From an uncultured Mycobacteriaceae bacterium (GTDB taxonomy: Bacteria > Pseudomonadota > Alphaproteobacteria > DSM-16000 > Inquilinaceae): 64,000 bases of DNA. Location of the stretch: contig CAYORM010000006.1 of NCBI GenBank assembly GCA_964406375.1, forward strand, positions 14,167-78,166. The letters run 5' to 3'. A model generated the notes under the pieces. The model saw only the letters and a program-made list of their open reading frames with translations. It made no database searches and was not told the origin of the DNA. How positions within the stretch are numbered: the stretch's first letter is position 1; every line of letters starts with the position of its first letter. The position numbers were made by a program, and so were the translations under genes. This document shows, piece by piece, positions 1 through 7,136 of the stretch.

Positions 1-987
1 GAGCGAGGTCACGACGCCGTCGCGCGTCGGCTTGCGCACGACGAACCCGTGGGCGAGCTGAGGGCTCCGGACATGCAGGTTGAAGCCGGGGTCGAGCACG
101 TTGAACCACTCGCCGATGGTCTTGAGGTTGACCACCGGCCCGGTGTGGATCTGGATGCAACCGGGATTGCCGACGAAGATCATGATCGGCAGCCCGCTGC
201 CGCTGGCGGCGGTGATGAGCCGCTCGAACGTCTCGGCGCCGACGGGCGTCGCGCGCCTTGCCGTGGCGAGGCGAAGCGCCTGCCGCCGGTTCCGGTCGAG
301 GCCGAAGCGGCGCAGCATGTCGTGGAACTCGTGCACGTCCTGCATCGCGTCCCAGGCCTCGTGGAAGCCCTGGACGTCGATCTCGGCATCGGGACGCGGT
401 GCCGGCGCGGGCGGTTCCGCTTCGATCACCGGGGTGAGCGGCCGCTCCGGATCGGTGAAGCCGGCAACGATGCGGGCGAAGGCCGCGCGGTCCGTGCCGT
501 CGACCACGAAGATCTTGTGGACCGCGGTGCCCTGCGCGTCGAAGAACTGCAGGCTGGGTCGTACATCGTCGCCGCCCGCAAGGCCGACCGCATAGCCGAA
601 GCACCAGCGGCTGTAGAACAGCCGCAGGTCGATGTCGGCGCCCAGCGTGATGCCGACCTTGGGGCCCCCCGAGACCTTCTCATAGACGCCCGTCTTCTCG
701 TGGACGATCGCCTCGTTGCGGGTGAGAGCCATCAGCGGCCCGGCCGGCTCGAGCGCGCCGATGATCGCGGGCCAGTCCGGGCGGAGCGCGACCACGTCGT
801 CGCCGATCGCGACGAGCTCCGCCTCCGAGACGCCCAGCGCCGCCGCCGCATCGCGCGCGCGCAGCCGCGGCTGGTCGGCCTTGAGCGCGTCATGGGCGGC
901 GCGCAGGGCGGCGCCGGCGAGGCGTCCGGCGGCGGCGGTGCTCGGGGTCACGGAGACCCCGGCGGCGGGAAGTGGCGTGTCTGCCAT
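1..987 (-). CDS. hmuS: heme utilisation/hemin-degrading protein, HemS/ChuS/HmuS family (partial; C-terminus lies beyond the window start)
   Basis: Absent from the ORF track because it runs off the window edge. Minus-strand ATG at 985-987, open to base 1 (329 codons). My translation is MADTPLPAAG..LTRNEAIVHEKTGVYEKV..DLRLFYSRWCFGYAV..SLQFFDAQGTAVHKIFV..IMIFVGNPGCIQIHTGPV..FVVRKPTRDGVVTSL. These blocks match what I recall from Yersinia HmuS/HemS. It lies 5 nt after the heme receptor stop. Confidence 0.85.
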   Translation of the reverse strand, partial: MADTPLPAAGVSVTPSTAAAGRLAGAALRAAHDALKADQPRLRARDAAAALGVSEAELVAIGDDVVALRPDWPAIIGALEPAGPLMALTRNEAIVHEKTGVYEKVSGGPKVGITLGADIDLRLFYSRWCFGYAVGLAGGDDVRPSLQFFDAQGTAVHKIFVVDGTDRAAFARIVAGFTDPERPLTPVIEAEPPAPAPRPDAEIDVQGFHEAWDAMQDVHEFHDMLRRFGLDRNRRQALRLATARRATPVGAETFERLITAASGSGLPIMIFVGNPGCIQIHTGPVVNLKTIGEWFNVLDPGFNLHVRSPQLAHGFVVRKPTRDGVVTSL

Positions 988-991
988 GTCG

Positions 992-3352
992 TCACCATCT
1001 CAGCGTGGCGGAGACCGCGAAGTTGCGGCCGGGCTGGGAATAAAGGTCGGGATTGGCCGCGACGTCGGAGCCGCCCCAGGCGACGTCCTGCGGGTTCCAG
1101 TAGAGCTCGTCGGTGATGTTGAAGACGCCCCCGGCGATCGTGAAATTGGGGGTCACGTCCCAGCTCGCCGTCAGGTCGAAGACGGTGCTCTCCGGCGCCA
1201 CGAAGGTGCCCTCGGTCACCCGGTCGTGTTCGGCCCGGTAGGTGCCGGTGAACTCGATGCCGAGCCCGAGCCCAGGATCGTCCCAGCGCAGCCCGGCGAC
1301 CAGTTTGAAGGGCTCGACCTCATTGACCGGCTCGCCCTGATCGTCCTCGCCGCGAGCGAAGGCAAAGGCGCCGAGAGCGGTGAAGCCGTGGCCGAGCGCG
1401 ATGGCGGCGGTGCCCTCGATGCCCCAGATCGTCACCTGGTCGAGGTTCACGTACTGGAACTGCTGGATGTAGCCTTCGGACAGCCCGTCGTCGCAGTTGC
1501 CGTCATCGTCCAGGCACTCGGCCGACAGGAAGTTCTCGTAGATCGAGTAGAAGGCCGAGAGGGTGAAGCTCGAGCCGTCGGCGAAGGAGCCGCGGAGGCC
1601 GATCTCAAAATTATCGCTCGTCTCAGGATCGAGATCGGTCGTCGGGACGATCTCGTAGAGGATGGAGGTGTTGGTGAAGCCGGCGCTGGCCTCGTAATAG
1701 GGCGGTGCGCGGAAGCCGCGCGCATACTGCCCGTAGATCGAGAGCTCGTCGGACAGATCGTAGACGAGCCCTAGCTTCGGCGACACGGCGAACCATTCCG
1801 CATCCTCGGCCTCGGCGTCCGCGCCATTGGCTAGGTAGAACTCATCATCCGGCTCGACGAAGAGTCCGTAATAGTCAAAGCGTACCGCCGGAAACAGTGT
1901 CAGGCCGGTGTCGCCGATCACGATCTCGTCTTGTACATAAAAGCCGATCTCGAGGGTGGTCGAATCCGGGAAGTATTTCCCGGGGTAGGTTTCACCGAGG
2001 ATCGTCTTGGTCTCGGTGCCGTCGAACATCTCGAAGCCGGCCGAGGCGTGGTAGATGCCGGTGCGGTCGCGCGGCTGCGCGCTCTCGGTCGCGCTGACGT
2101 CGATGCCGTAGGTCAGCCGGTTCTCGACGTCACCGAACAGCGTGAAGCTGGAATGGAACTGCGCTTCGGCCGACAGGATCGTCTGGGTGAAATCGTAGTC
2201 GCTGACGACCGTGCAATGTCCGGCGAAGACATTGATAGGCATTCCAAAGTCGCAATAGGTGAACGGGCCCGCCATGGTATGGACCCGGTACTGCTCCTGA
2301 TGGTCGTGGCGCTCGAGGTGCTGGACACCGACACGCCATAGGAAGCTGTCGATGAAGCCGATCGGCTCTGAATGCTCATGCTCGACCGAGAGGCGCCAGC
2401 GATTGAATTCGTCCTCGGAGGTGCTGGCGAGAACCGTACTGGACAGTGCCGTGTCGATCTCGGTGTCGAGCCGGCTGGTGCGGTACTCGCCGGTGATGCG
2501 GAAGACGTCGGCATCGTTCGGGTAGAAGACGAGCTTGCCGAGGAAGCTGGTCGCCGAGAAATCCTGCGGGTTGGGATCAGCATCGCCGTTCGGCTGCGTC
2601 TCGTGCCCGTCGCGGCGGGTGACCACCGCGAGCATCTCAACATTGCCCGCGTCGATCGCGACCGTGCCGGTTTCCGAGAAGGTCTCCGACGCGCTGTCGT
2701 AATTGACCTTGGTGCTGACGTAATAGTCCCGCCCGAACAGGCCCAGATAATCCGCCGGGTCCTTGGTGAAGTAGGAGACGACACCGCCCATGGCGTCGCT
2801 GCCGAACAGTGCCGAGCCGGGGCCGCGGATGATCTCGACCCGGCTGAGCGTGTCGACATCGACGATGTCACGGGCGTAAGTGTGGCCGAACTCCTCGAAA
2901 TCGGGCAGGCGAAGCCCGTCCGACATCAGCATTACGCGATTGCCGCCGATGCCGCGGATCACATAGCTCGTCGTGCCGGTCCGGGTCGGGTCGCCGCCGA
3001 CACCGACCCCCGGCTCGTAGCGCACCAGATCGCCGATCGTGGTGACCAGCCTGTCCTCGATCTGTCGCGCGGTGACGACCGACATGGTGGTCGGCGTGTC
3101 GATCAGCGAGATCGGGTTACGCGTCGCGCTGATGACGATCTCGTCGAGGGTGACGAAGGGCACGCTGTCGGCGGGCAGGATGAAGACGTCGCCGGCCGCG
3201 GCTTCCGGCGCCCCCATGGTGTCGCCCGTGGCGTCCCCGGCGGTCTCCCCCATCTCCGGCACCGTCTGCGCCAGGGCGCCTCCGCCCGGGACGAGTGGTG
3301 AAAGGGCGGTCGTCGCAAGGACGAGCCCGATCAGGCGGACGCGTGGAGACAT
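992..3352 (-). CDS. TonB-dependent heme/hemoglobin receptor
   Basis: Track ORF 992..3370. Signal peptide (..LVPGGGALAQ), plug region (DEIVISATR), FRAP (GFRAPPYYE) and NPDL (NPNL-like) heme-receptor motifs, and a C-terminal aromatic residue (..SATLRW). I prefer the ATG at 3352 because GAGGAGAG lies 8 nt upstream of it. The TTG at 3370 overlaps that Shine-Dalgarno sequence. Confidence 0.9.
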   Translation of the reverse strand: MSPRVRLIGLVLATTALSPLVPGGGALAQTVPEMGETAGDATGDTMGAPEAAAGDVFILPADSVPFVTLDEIVISATRNPISLIDTPTTMSVVTARQIEDRLVTTIGDLVRYEPGVGVGGDPTRTGTTSYVIRGIGGNRVMLMSDGLRLPDFEEFGHTYARDIVDVDTLSRVEIIRGPGSALFGSDAMGGVVSYFTKDPADYLGLFGRDYYVSTKVNYDSASETFSETGTVAIDAGNVEMLAVVTRRDGHETQPNGDADPNPQDFSATSFLGKLVFYPNDADVFRITGEYRTSRLDTEIDTALSSTVLASTSEDEFNRWRLSVEHEHSEPIGFIDSFLWRVGVQHLERHDHQEQYRVHTMAGPFTYCDFGMPINVFAGHCTVVSDYDFTQTILSAEAQFHSSFTLFGDVENRLTYGIDVSATESAQPRDRTGIYHASAGFEMFDGTETKTILGETYPGKYFPDSTTLEIGFYVQDEIVIGDTGLTLFPAVRFDYYGLFVEPDDEFYLANGADAEAEDAEWFAVSPKLGLVYDLSDELSIYGQYARGFRAPPYYEASAGFTNTSILYEIVPTTDLDPETSDNFEIGLRGSFADGSSFTLSAFYSIYENFLSAECLDDDGNCDDGLSEGYIQQFQYVNLDQVTIWGIEGTAAIALGHGFTALGAFAFARGEDDQGEPVNEVEPFKLVAGLRWDDPGLGLGIEFTGTYRAEHDRVTEGTFVAPESTVFDLTASWDVTPNFTIAGGVFNITDELYWNPQDVAWGGSDVAANPDLYSQPGRNFAVSATLRW

Positions 3353-3374
3353 GCGCAGTGCTCTCCTCAAAGCA

Positions 3375-3399
3375 CCGGCCTCGCCCCGAAGGGGGCCGG
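3375..3399 (-). other. stable GC hairpin with a cUUCGg loop in the hemP-receptor intercistronic RNA
   Basis: Plus strand reads CCGGCCTCGCCCCGAAGGGGGCCGG. On the minus-strand transcript this is CCGGCCCCCUUCGGGGCGAGGCCGG: outer stem CCGGCC/GGCCGG and inner stem CCC/GGG around UUCG. It is followed by UGCUUUGAGGAGAG, which contains the receptor Shine-Dalgarno sequence. Confidence 0.5.
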
Positions 3400-3532
3400 A
3401 CTGTGGCGGTCACCGATCCGGGCCCCGGTTGTGCGGGCGGATCGGCGGTGCGTGCGGACGATTGGGGGTCGTCGTGGCTGCGCGCCGCTCAGGAGGAGAC
3501 GGAAGCGACCGGCTGCGACTGGAGAAACGGAA

Positions 3533-3709
3533 CTATTTGGTCAGGATCAGTTTGTGGTTGCGCGTGATGCGCAGGCGGTAGAGGGCACCGTCATGATTGA
3601 TCATCAGCTCCCGCGCCTCGCCGAACAGATCGCGGGTGTCGATCGGGGCGGGGACGGTCGGGGCGCGCGTCGGCTGCGCCTCCGCGTCGGGCGTTGATGA
3701 ATCAGGCAT
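3533..3709 (-). CDS. hemP: hemin uptake protein HemP (58 aa)
   Basis: Below the track size cut-off. ATG at 3707-3709 (reverse strand), TAG stop at 3533-3535. Translation is MPDSSTPDAEAQPTRAPTVPAPIDTRDLFGEARELMINHDGALYRLRITRNHKLILTK. The C-terminal ..Y.LR.T...KLILTK signature is typical of HemP, and the gene sits first in the heme-uptake cluster. Confidence 0.85.
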   Translation of the reverse strand: MPDSSTPDAEAQPTRAPTVPAPIDTRDLFGEARELMINHDGALYRLRITRNHKLILTK

Positions 3710-3752
3710 GACATGCCTCCGTTCGGGGGCCGCTCACAGTTGCGAGTGACAC

Positions 3753-3767
3753 TGCGAGTCATTCGCA
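3753..3767. promoter_or_regulatory. candidate Fur-type iron box upstream of hemP
   Basis: TGCGAGTCATTCGCA, read on the hemP strand as TGCGAAT-G-ACTCGCA, a 7-1-7 inverted repeat with 6/7 arm matches. It lies 44 nt upstream of the hemP ATG. It resembles the alphaproteobacterial Fur motif as I recall it (TGAGAATcATTCTCA), with 11/15 identical. A direct copy, TGCGAGTGACA, sits just beside it at 3741-3751. Confidence 0.45.
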
Positions 3768-3884
3768 TTCCGCCCCCGTCGCGTCAAGCCCCTTCGCGCC
3801 GTCTCCGTAACGATTTGAGCCGCCCCAGGCTGGACGGTGCCGCCCCCCCATTGACGGGTGACAGTGGCCGGGTTAGCGGGGGTG

Positions 3885-4409
3885 ATGCGCATCTTCCGAC
3901 GCGGGCCGCGCCCGCCGCTCGCCGCCCCTGCCGCGATCATCCCCGCCCTCCTGGGCCTCGCGATCCTGCTCGCGGGTTGCCAGACGACGCCCGCCGCGCG
4001 GCCGATACCTCCCGGCATCGGTGGCGCGGTGACGCTGCAGCCGCTCGACTACCGGCCGCGCAGCGGACCGCCGCCCGCCGGATACGGGCGCGACGTGCCG
4101 GCGGCGATCGGCGCGGCGCTGGCGCAGGCCCTGCACGAGGCCGGCATCGGGCTGGACGGGCGGCACTGTCGGCTGTCGGGCACGGTGCGCGACTTCGCCG
4201 TGCAGGACGGGTTGTGGCGGGTGGATGTCCGCTACGTGCTGGCGGTCGGCGGGTCGGTGATGTTCGACCAGGCGATCGGCACTTGGTACGCGCCGGAAGG
4301 CGCCGGGCCGGCCACGGCCGAGGCCGCCATCGCCAAGAATCTCGCGGTGCTAGTCGCCGATGACTGGTTCCGCACCCTGGTCAGCCGCGACTGCCCCCGC
4401 CCGGCGTGA
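3885..4409 (+). CDS. hypothetical lipoprotein
   Basis: Track ORF 3858..4409. MRIFRRGPRPP..LLGLAILLAGC has a lipobox (LLAG|C). No family recognised. The start could also be the GTG at 3858. Confidence 0.6.
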   Translation: MRIFRRGPRPPLAAPAAIIPALLGLAILLAGCQTTPAARPIPPGIGGAVTLQPLDYRPRSGPPPAGYGRDVPAAIGAALAQALHEAGIGLDGRHCRLSGTVRDFAVQDGLWRVDVRYVLAVGGSVMFDQAIGTWYAPEGAGPATAEAAIAKNLAVLVADDWFRTLVSRDCPRPA

Positions 4410-4484
4410 GGTGACACGTCACTCGCGCCGGACGGGCAGCGGTCCGGCATTCCGGGCCCCGAGAGCAAAGGCGGGAGCGAAGGC

Positions 4485-4745
4485 TCAGCGGCACCACCAT
4501 TCATGGCAGCCGCGGCGCCGGCCGTCCCAATTGTCGTCCCACTCGCCGCCGCGACGCCAGCCGGCACGATCGCGGCCGCGGTGGTCGCCACGGTCCCAAT
4601 GGCTGTGCCGGCGACGCCGGTCATCATCATTGTCCCAGCGTTCATGCCAGGCATTCCAGCCCGGCGCCGGCCCGTGATGGTGATGTCGGGGCGGTACGCA
4701 GGCGACCAAGGTCAGCCCGAGAAGGATGATGGCTGCGCGCTTCAT
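4485..4745 (-). CDS. small Trp/His/Arg/Asp-rich lipoprotein (86 aa), function unknown
   Basis: MKRAAIILLGLTLVAC has a lipobox. GGAGAA lies 5 nt upstream of the ATG. The mature part contains HHHH and repeated W-x-(D/E/H) patches (WNAWHERWDNDDD, HSHWDRGDH, GEWDDNWDG, CHEWWC). Confidence 0.65.
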   Translation of the reverse strand: MKRAAIILLGLTLVACVPPRHHHHGPAPGWNAWHERWDNDDDRRRRHSHWDRGDHRGRDRAGWRRGGEWDDNWDGRRRGCHEWWCR

Positions 4746-4867
4746 GGCATTTCTCCACTAGCGCGGCCGCGGCGCGACGCAGGGCGCCGGCACGGCCGTG
4801 CGCGATCCGCCTTGCACGGATGACCACCGAAACTCCGTCGCCAGAAATCGAGGACGCGTCGCGACGC

Positions 4868-4896
4868 TTGGCAGCGTCGCGCACATGCGCTAGGGT
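4868..4896 (+). promoter_or_regulatory. candidate sigma70-type promoter for tRNA-Arg
   Basis: TTGGCA (4868-4873), a 17-nt spacer, then TAGGGT (4891-4896), about 35 nt upstream of the mature tRNA 5' end. The -35 element sits in the loop of a 7-bp inverted repeat, GCGACGC/GCGTCGC. Confidence 0.35.
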
Positions 4897-4931
4897 CCGC
4901 CCCGATCGGCCGCGGACATCCGCCGCCGCAC

Positions 4932-5008
4932 GCACTCGTAGCTCAGCCGGATAGAGCGTCGCCCTCCGGAGGCGAAGGTCACAGGTTCGAATCCTGTCGA
5001 GTGCGCCA
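4932..5008 (+). tRNA. tRNA-Arg (anticodon CCG)
   Basis: Hand-folded cloverleaf. Acceptor GCACTCG/CGAGTGC, D-arm GCTC..GAGC, anticodon stem TCGCC/GGCGA with loop CTCCGGA (anticodon CCG), T-arm ACAGG-TTCGAAT-CCTGT, discriminator G and an encoded CCA. Confidence 0.93.
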
Positions 5009-5070
5009 TTCCCCCCGCCCACATCGCGCCGTGACGGGTGACCCGCGCAACGAAGGGACGCCTGTTTCCC

Positions 5071-5265
5071 TCAGTTCGCGCCGATGGCGGGGTCAGGCAT
5101 CGGGACCACCGTGTCACCCTTCGCCTTGCGGGCGTGGTCTTCAGCCGCGATCTCGGCTTCGGCGGCGCGCCAGTTCTCGGCCGCGTCGCCGCCGCTGCGC
5201 TGCCAGATCTCGTAGGCGCGACGACGGATGCGCGCCTCGCGGCCGTCCGGATCCTCAAGCGGCAT
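5071..5265 (-). CDS. DUF2934-like small protein (64 aa)
   Basis: C-terminal part of track ORF 5071..5367. ATG at 5265 is preceded by GGAGG. The sequence REARIRRRAYEIWQRSGGDAAENWRAAEAEI matches the DUF2934 signature as I recall it. Confidence 0.6.
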   Translation of the reverse strand: MPLEDPDGREARIRRRAYEIWQRSGGDAAENWRAAEAEIAAEDHARKAKGDTVVPMPDPAIGAN

Positions 5266-5442
5266 CTGCGCCTCCCTCACGACCAGCCGCGCGGGATGCG
5301 CGGCCGCGGCACGGCGGCAACACCGGCCTGCGCCGGCGGTTCCCGGGCGGCAGACGATCGCACGCAACCGAGGCGGGCCTCGCGGGTTGATACTGTGTGG
5401 CGGGGAACGGACCCGCCGCCTGACAGCCGGGAGCTCTCATCC

Positions 5443-5646
5443 ATGACCGCGACGCTGACCATCCGCCCCGACGGCGGCCGCTATCGGGTCGAGGGGCTGG
5501 ACGGCACTTTCGGCGACGAGGAGGACGCGACGCGCGCCGCCTTCAGCGAGGGCGAGCGCATCTCACGGGGCGACGTGCCGGTCGTCATCCAGATCGAGGA
5601 TACCGACGGCCAGCACCGGGTGCTGCACCGGTTCGGCCCCCGATGA
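5443..5646 (+). CDS. small hypothetical protein, DUF2188-like (67 aa)
   Basis: In-frame ATG inside track ORF 5038..5646. Translation is MTATLTIRPDGGRYRVEGLDGTFGDEEDATRAAF..VVIQIEDTDGQHRVL. Its stop overlaps the next gene's start (ATGA). Confidence 0.5.
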   Translation: MTATLTIRPDGGRYRVEGLDGTFGDEEDATRAAFSEGERISRGDVPVVIQIEDTDGQHRVLHRFGPR

Positions 5647-5930
5647 CCGACGATCCGCCCACCGGCGAGGACGATGCAGCCCTGCGCCCCGCGATGCCGG
5701 CGATCTACACGATCCGGCACGACGAGGGCGGCTGGCGCATCCTGCACGGCGACGACGCCTCCGACCTGTTCGCCAGCCGCGAGGCGGCGACGGCGGCGGC
5801 GAGTGCCAGCGCCGAGGCCGATGGCCGCAACGGCCGCGTTGCCGTGGTCCGCCTGCAGGAGGAGAAGGGCCGGCTGCGGATCCTTGGGATCTTCGGACGG
5901 GGCGCCGACCCGCTACCGCTGCTGCGCTGA
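5643..5930 (+). CDS. small hypothetical protein, DUF2188-like (95 aa)
   Basis: Track ORF. The pattern ..IYTIRHDEGGWRILHGDDASDLFASREAATAAA..GRVAVVRL.. matches the previous gene, so the two look like tandem paralogues. They are translationally coupled. Confidence 0.5.
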   Translation: MTDDPPTGEDDAALRPAMPAIYTIRHDEGGWRILHGDDASDLFASREAATAAASASAEADGRNGRVAVVRLQEEKGRLRILGIFGRGADPLPLLR

Positions 5931-5937
5931 CCTCTCC

Positions 5938-7122
5938 TCAATCCCCCGCCCGCACCGCCGGCTGGAAGGCACCGGCACCGGTGAACTCGTCCGTCCATTC
6001 GCCGTCCCAGAGCGAGGGGAAGGACAGCGCCCGGTAGGGGTGGCGGGCGATGGCGTCGAAATCGAGCTCCACCCCGAGGCCGGGCGCGTCGGGCAGCACC
6101 ACCGCGCCGCCGCGATGGGGGTCCCAACCGGAGACGAGATCGGCGCGCCAGTCGACATCGAAGGCGCCGAACGATTCGAGCAGCGTCATGTTCGGCGTGC
6201 TCGCCGCGAAATGCAGCGCCGCGGCATAGGCGACCGGTCCGATCGAACAATGCGGCGAGACGGTCATGTCCTGCACCGCCGCGAAGGCGGCAATCTTCTT
6301 GGCCGCGGTGAGCCCGCCGCAATGGGCGATATCCATCTGCACGACATCGCAGGCGCGCAGCGTCGTCAACCGGTGGAAATCCGCCAGCGTGTAAAGACGC
6401 TCGCCCGCCGAGATCGGCAGCGGCGAGGCGGCCTTCACCTCGCGCAGCAGATCCAGCGCCTCGGGCACCACCGGCTCCTCGCACCACAGCACCGGATAGT
6501 CCGCCAGCCGGCGGATCACCCGGATCGCGTCCCCGGCGGCGAGCCGCCCGTGGATCTCGATGATCAGCCCGACCGAGGGGCCGACCGCCTCGGCCACCGC
6601 GGCGGTGATGGCGACGGCCAGCTCCTCCTCGGCCGCCGACAGCGTCTTCCACGCGGTGCCGAAGGGATCGAACTTCAGCGCCCGATAGCCCATGCGGGCC
6701 ACCTCGCGCGCCCGGGCGGCGAACTCCTCCGGCGTCCGGCAGGCACCGTACCAGCCATTCGCATAGGGCACGATCTCGCCGCCGACACGGCCACCGAGCA
6801 GCCGGTAGACCGGCTGGCCGCAGGCCTTGCCGATCAGATCCCACATCGCGATCTCGGCGCCGCTGATCGCGCTCATCACGGTCGAGCCGCCCTGATACTG
6901 GTCGCGGATCATGCCGCCGACCACTGCCTCGATGTCGAACGGATCGCGACCGATGATGCGCGAGGCGACCCATTCCTCGATCAGGGTCTGGACGGCGCGC
7001 TCCTGCCATTCCAGCGTCGCCTCGCCGATCCCGACGAGGCCGGTATCGGTCGTCAGCCGCAGGAACAGATAGTTGCGCAGCCCGGCATTGGCGAGGAAGG
7101 TCTCGACCGCGGTGATCTTCAT
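5938..7122 (-). CDS. enolase-superfamily acid-sugar dehydratase (mandelate racemase/muconate lactonizing family, D-galactonate dehydratase-like)
   Basis: MKITAVETFLA..GLVGIGEAT..SAISGAEIAMWDLIGKACGQPVYRLLGG..ISAGERLYT..DVVQMDIAHCGGLT..SPHCSIGPVA aligns well with my memory of DgoD. ATG at 7122 has a GAAGAGGA Shine-Dalgarno sequence. Confidence 0.85.
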   Translation of the reverse strand: MKITAVETFLANAGLRNYLFLRLTTDTGLVGIGEATLEWQERAVQTLIEEWVASRIIGRDPFDIEAVVGGMIRDQYQGGSTVMSAISGAEIAMWDLIGKACGQPVYRLLGGRVGGEIVPYANGWYGACRTPEEFAARAREVARMGYRALKFDPFGTAWKTLSAAEEELAVAITAAVAEAVGPSVGLIIEIHGRLAAGDAIRVIRRLADYPVLWCEEPVVPEALDLLREVKAASPLPISAGERLYTLADFHRLTTLRACDVVQMDIAHCGGLTAAKKIAAFAAVQDMTVSPHCSIGPVAYAAALHFAASTPNMTLLESFGAFDVDWRADLVSGWDPHRGGAVVLPDAPGLGVELDFDAIARHPYRALSFPSLWDGEWTDEFTGAGAFQPAVRAGD

Positions 7123-7136
7123 CTGTCCTCTTCCCG

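Noticed and set aside
49-1774. Long plus-strand ORFs 49..1116 (355 aa) and 716..1774 (352 aa)
   Set aside because: They are antisense to the HmuS gene and the TonB-dependent receptor. Their translations are Arg/Ala/Gly/Pro-rich with no family motifs, while the opposite strand gives clear family matches. These are typical high-GC shadow ORFs.
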